DNA of 64,000 nucleotides from Longimicrobiales bacterium (GTDB lineage Bacteria; Gemmatimonadota; Gemmatimonadetes; Longimicrobiales; Gaopeijiaceae): NCBI GenBank assembly GCA_965215535.1, contig OZ244063.1, positions 2,440,649 to 2,504,648 of the forward strand, read 5' to 3'. Shown piece by piece: positions 61,685 to 64,000 of this stretch (position 1 is its first letter; each line of letters starts with the position of its first letter). The notes under the pieces were generated by a model. It saw only the letters and a program-made list of their open reading frames with translations, ran no database searches and was not told where the DNA came from. The position numbers and the translations under genes were made by a program.

Positions 61685-63298
61685 TCAGGGATCGGAATCT
61701 CTCAAGATGCGCGCGATCTGCGGTTTTTGCACCTTGCCCATCGCATTGCGGGGGAGCGCGGCGACGACGAGAAAGCGATGCGGAACCTTGTAGGGCGCCA
61801 GACGTTCCTTTCCCCAGGCGCGCAGCGCGTCCGTGTCGGGAAGGAGGGTGGAAGGCCGCTTCCGGTCCGGTCCGACAGAGGCGGCTTCGGATGTGGCGGG
61901 ACTGTGCGGCGGCAGAGCGTCCGGAGCCGGAACCCACGCGGCGCGCAACTCCTCGCCCCACTCCGGGTGCGGAACTCCCACCACGGCCAGATCGGCGATC
62001 GCGGGATGGGTGCGGTAGAGCTCCTCGATCTCCAGTGCAGAAACCTTGTACCCGCCGGTCTTGACGATATCCACACTGCTCCGCCCCAGAATGCGCACCG
62101 CGCCGCCCACGCCCGGGGTGGCTTCGTCGCCGGTTCGAAACCAGCCGTCGCGAAAGGCCGCCGCCGTCTCTTCGGGCCGCCGCCAGTATTCGCGAAAGAC
62201 CTGGGGTCCGCGCACCTCGATCTGCCCCGTTTCGCCTGCCGGAACCGGTCGGCCATCCTCGTGCACAATGCGCAGCTCGACCCCGGGAAGCGGCGTGCCC
62301 ACATGTCCTGGCCGCCGTTCGCCCCGGAGAGGGTTCGAGAGCGCCATTCCGATCTCGGTCATGCCATAGCGCTCCAGAAGGGTGTGTCCGGTGATCTCGC
62401 GCCAGCGCTCCAGGGTGGCGACCGGAAGCGCCGCCGATCCCGAAACCATCAGCCGCAGCTCTGCCGCCCCGCGCGACCACTCCCTCTGCACAGGGGGGGG
62501 CGCGTCTTCCCAGGCCCGGATCAGTCGCCGGTAGAGTGTGGGAACCGACATGAAGAGGGTAATTCCACCCTTGGCAAGGCGTTCCCAGATGGCCTGGGGC
62601 CGGGTTGGGCCGAACTCGCAGCGTGCCCCCGACCAGAGTGCGCACGCCAGGGCATTGACGACGCCGTGAATGTGGTGGAGGGGAAGGGTGTGGAGGATGC
62701 GGTCGCTCTCCCGCCACTCCCAGGCGGTGACCAGGGCGGCAATCTGCGCGACCAGGTTGCGGTGGGTGGTCAGCACTCCCTTGGGGCGACCGGTGGTGCC
62801 GCTGGTGTAGATCATCAGCGCCGGGTCGTCGAGGCGCACTTCCGGAGGCGAGGCGGGGAACGCTTCCGGCCCGGCCAGTCGCGCGACCACCTCGATGCCG
62901 CGTGCGGTGGCGGCCGTGGCGAGATCCGGTCCCTGCGCAAGCGAGGAATCGATCACGACCACGCGGGGGCGGGCGTCGTCCAGGATGTACTCCAGCTCCC
63001 GCAGTGGGTGCGAGAGGGCCAGCGGCACCGCGATCCCGCCCGCAGTCCACGCGCCGATCTGCACCGCCACATGGGTGCGCCCCGGTGGAAGCAGGAAGGC
63101 GATTCGCGCCCCGGCGAGGTGGGTGGTGGGATCGTGGATGCCTGAAACGGGGCCGGTTGTGCCTGCCGGGCTGTGGTTGGCGAGAGCTGCCGTTGCCAGT
63201 GTCGCCTGCCACCGCGACGCCAGCCGGGCGAGTGCGCCGAAGCTGCATTCGCCCCGGGAATCGACCAGCGCGGTGCGGTGGGCCACGGCGGGTCGCAA
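61685..63298 (-). CDS. AMP-forming acyl-CoA synthetase (malonyl-/medium-chain-CoA ligase-like)
   Basis: The AMP-binding motif is LMIYTSGTTGRPKGV. GYKVSALEIE and the C-terminal LPRNAMGKVQK Lys motif are also present. The TTG start at 63298 is uncertain. Confidence 0.85.
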   Translation of the reverse strand: MRPAVAHRTALVDSRGECSFGALARLASRWQATLATAALANHSPAGTTGPVSGIHDPTTHLAGARIAFLLPPGRTHVAVQIGAWTAGGIAVPLALSHPLRELEYILDDARPRVVVIDSSLAQGPDLATAATARGIEVVARLAGPEAFPASPPEVRLDDPALMIYTSGTTGRPKGVLTTHRNLVAQIAALVTAWEWRESDRILHTLPLHHIHGVVNALACALWSGARCEFGPTRPQAIWERLAKGGITLFMSVPTLYRRLIRAWEDAPPPVQREWSRGAAELRLMVSGSAALPVATLERWREITGHTLLERYGMTEIGMALSNPLRGERRPGHVGTPLPGVELRIVHEDGRPVPAGETGQIEVRGPQVFREYWRRPEETAAAFRDGWFRTGDEATPGVGGAVRILGRSSVDIVKTGGYKVSALEIEELYRTHPAIADLAVVGVPHPEWGEELRAAWVPAPDALPPHSPATSEAASVGPDRKRPSTLLPDTDALRAWGKERLAPYKVPHRFLVVAALPRNAMGKVQKPQIARILRDSDP

Positions 63299-63528
63299 GA
63301 TGCGGCGGGCCAGGGGGGTGGTGGGCAGCGGATCGGGGATAATGTGTCGGCCCTGGGTCCTGGGGTGTGTGTGCTGGATACCTGTGCATGCAAATGATGA
63401 TCGCCGGGGAGGGCGAAGTCCAGCCGGCGGTCGGGCAGTCCGTGGAATGGCCGGGTGCTTCGGTGTCTTGACGAACGATCGGTCTCTGCGTCAGACTCCA
63501 TTTCGCCTCCGAAAACGAAAGGATTCCC

Positions 63529-63792
63529 ATGAGTCTGATTGGCCTGATTGCCCTTGTGATGGGGTATCTGGTTCTGCGCCTGCTCCGGCAGAGGACGGCC
63601 GGCGTGCTCTATGCGCGGATTGCCAGGCTGGAGGGCCGCCTGGACGAGCTGTCGGCCGGGACACCCGGGAATGCCGGACGGGAAAGCGCCCTTGCAGATG
63701 AGGTCGAGCGCCTGGAGGAGCGGGTCGATTTCCTGGAGCAGCTTCTCTCGGAACGCCCTGCGCCAGGTCGTTTGCCCCCTGCCGGGGAGTAG
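63529..63792 (+). CDS. Small membrane-anchored coiled-coil protein (PspB-like architecture)
   Basis: The ATG follows AAAGGA by 5 nt. An N-terminal TM segment (LIGLIALVMGYLVLRLL) is followed by an LEGRLDEL...VERLEERVDFLEQLL heptad-like segment. Confidence 0.5.
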   Translation: MSLIGLIALVMGYLVLRLLRQRTAGVLYARIARLEGRLDELSAGTPGNAGRESALADEVERLEERVDFLEQLLSERPAPGRLPPAGE

Positions 63793-64000
63793 GGAGACGC
63801 AGCCGACGGTCGGGGCTTCGCTGCGCAGGTCTCCCGGAATCTCGAAAGTTCAGAACCACTCCGCGCCCACGACCCGGGATTTGCGAACTCGCCGTCCCGC
63901 ACTGTGCCCGAATGCCGCCCGGTGTCTGTTCACGCCGATTACGACTCTGCGGATCCTCCCGGCACCCGGATTCGTTCGACCAGTTCGCGCACACTGGCCG

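Noticed and set aside
61608-63530. A 640-aa alternative minus-strand frame over the acyl-CoA synthetase region.
   Set aside because: The composition is Arg/Pro/Gly-rich. The 61685..63298 frame carries the AMP-binding signature YTSGTTGRPKGV.
63939-64000. A possible 3' end of a minus-strand gene entering from beyond the window (…ASVRELVERIRVPGGSAES*).
   Set aside because: Only about 20 codons are visible, so no family can be supported.

Overview
This is a GC-rich chromosomal segment from a diderm (Gram-negative-type) bacterium, shown by lipoboxes, a TonB-dependent receptor, an RND/OMF efflux system and a Tat signal. I can support about 50 genes. All family calls come from motif recognition by eye, with no database search. 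Most of the window is ordinary envelope and metabolic content: a TonB receptor fragment, a secreted tandem rhodanese, and an OMF-MFP-RND efflux operon chained to DUF3224 and a class V aminotransferase. It also holds a glutaminyl cyclase, further PLP aminotransferases, RidA proteins, an S9 peptidase, two APC permeases, threonine aldolase and a Feo iron-uptake locus with a DtxR-FeoA fusion. The remainder includes an FprA-type reductase, cytochrome c, a PA0069-type radical SAM protein, SufE, PlsC, an SSS transporter and an acyl-CoA synthetase. Six things stand out. (1) An island of about 8.6 kb (about 32.2-40.9 kb) sits beside a degenerate tyrosine integrase. Its intact core is a translationally coupled Type III mod-res pair with a TIR-domain gene attached 11 nt downstream as a third cistron. 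Around that core are a nonsense-interrupted membrane-protein ORF and eroded AbiE-type toxin-antitoxin remnants. This mod-res-TIR triad is my best candidate for an undescribed defence arrangement. (2) An ArsC/Spx-like thioredoxin-fold gene has an in-frame TGA exactly at the redox UxxC position, with a hairpin downstream, making it a candidate selenoprotein. (3) A 172/174-bp tandem array (about 3.7 units) with internal inverted repeats abuts that gene. (4) Four paralogous beta-propeller lipoproteins occur in the window; one carries a G11 tract that gates a canonical lipoprotein start, and one is frameshifted and coupled to an ABC ATPase and permease. (5) A 1454-aa lipoprotein combines about two dozen eukaryote-like LRRs with a metzincin-type protease domain, and its G+C is visibly lower than that of its flanks. 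(6) Several decay scars are present: a ParD remnant and a truncated AAA ATPase. I found no rRNA, tRNA or CRISPR array by eye. Many long ORFs in the supplied track are antisense shadow ORFs typical of GC-rich DNA and were ignored. The track also shows GTG and TTG starts as M.
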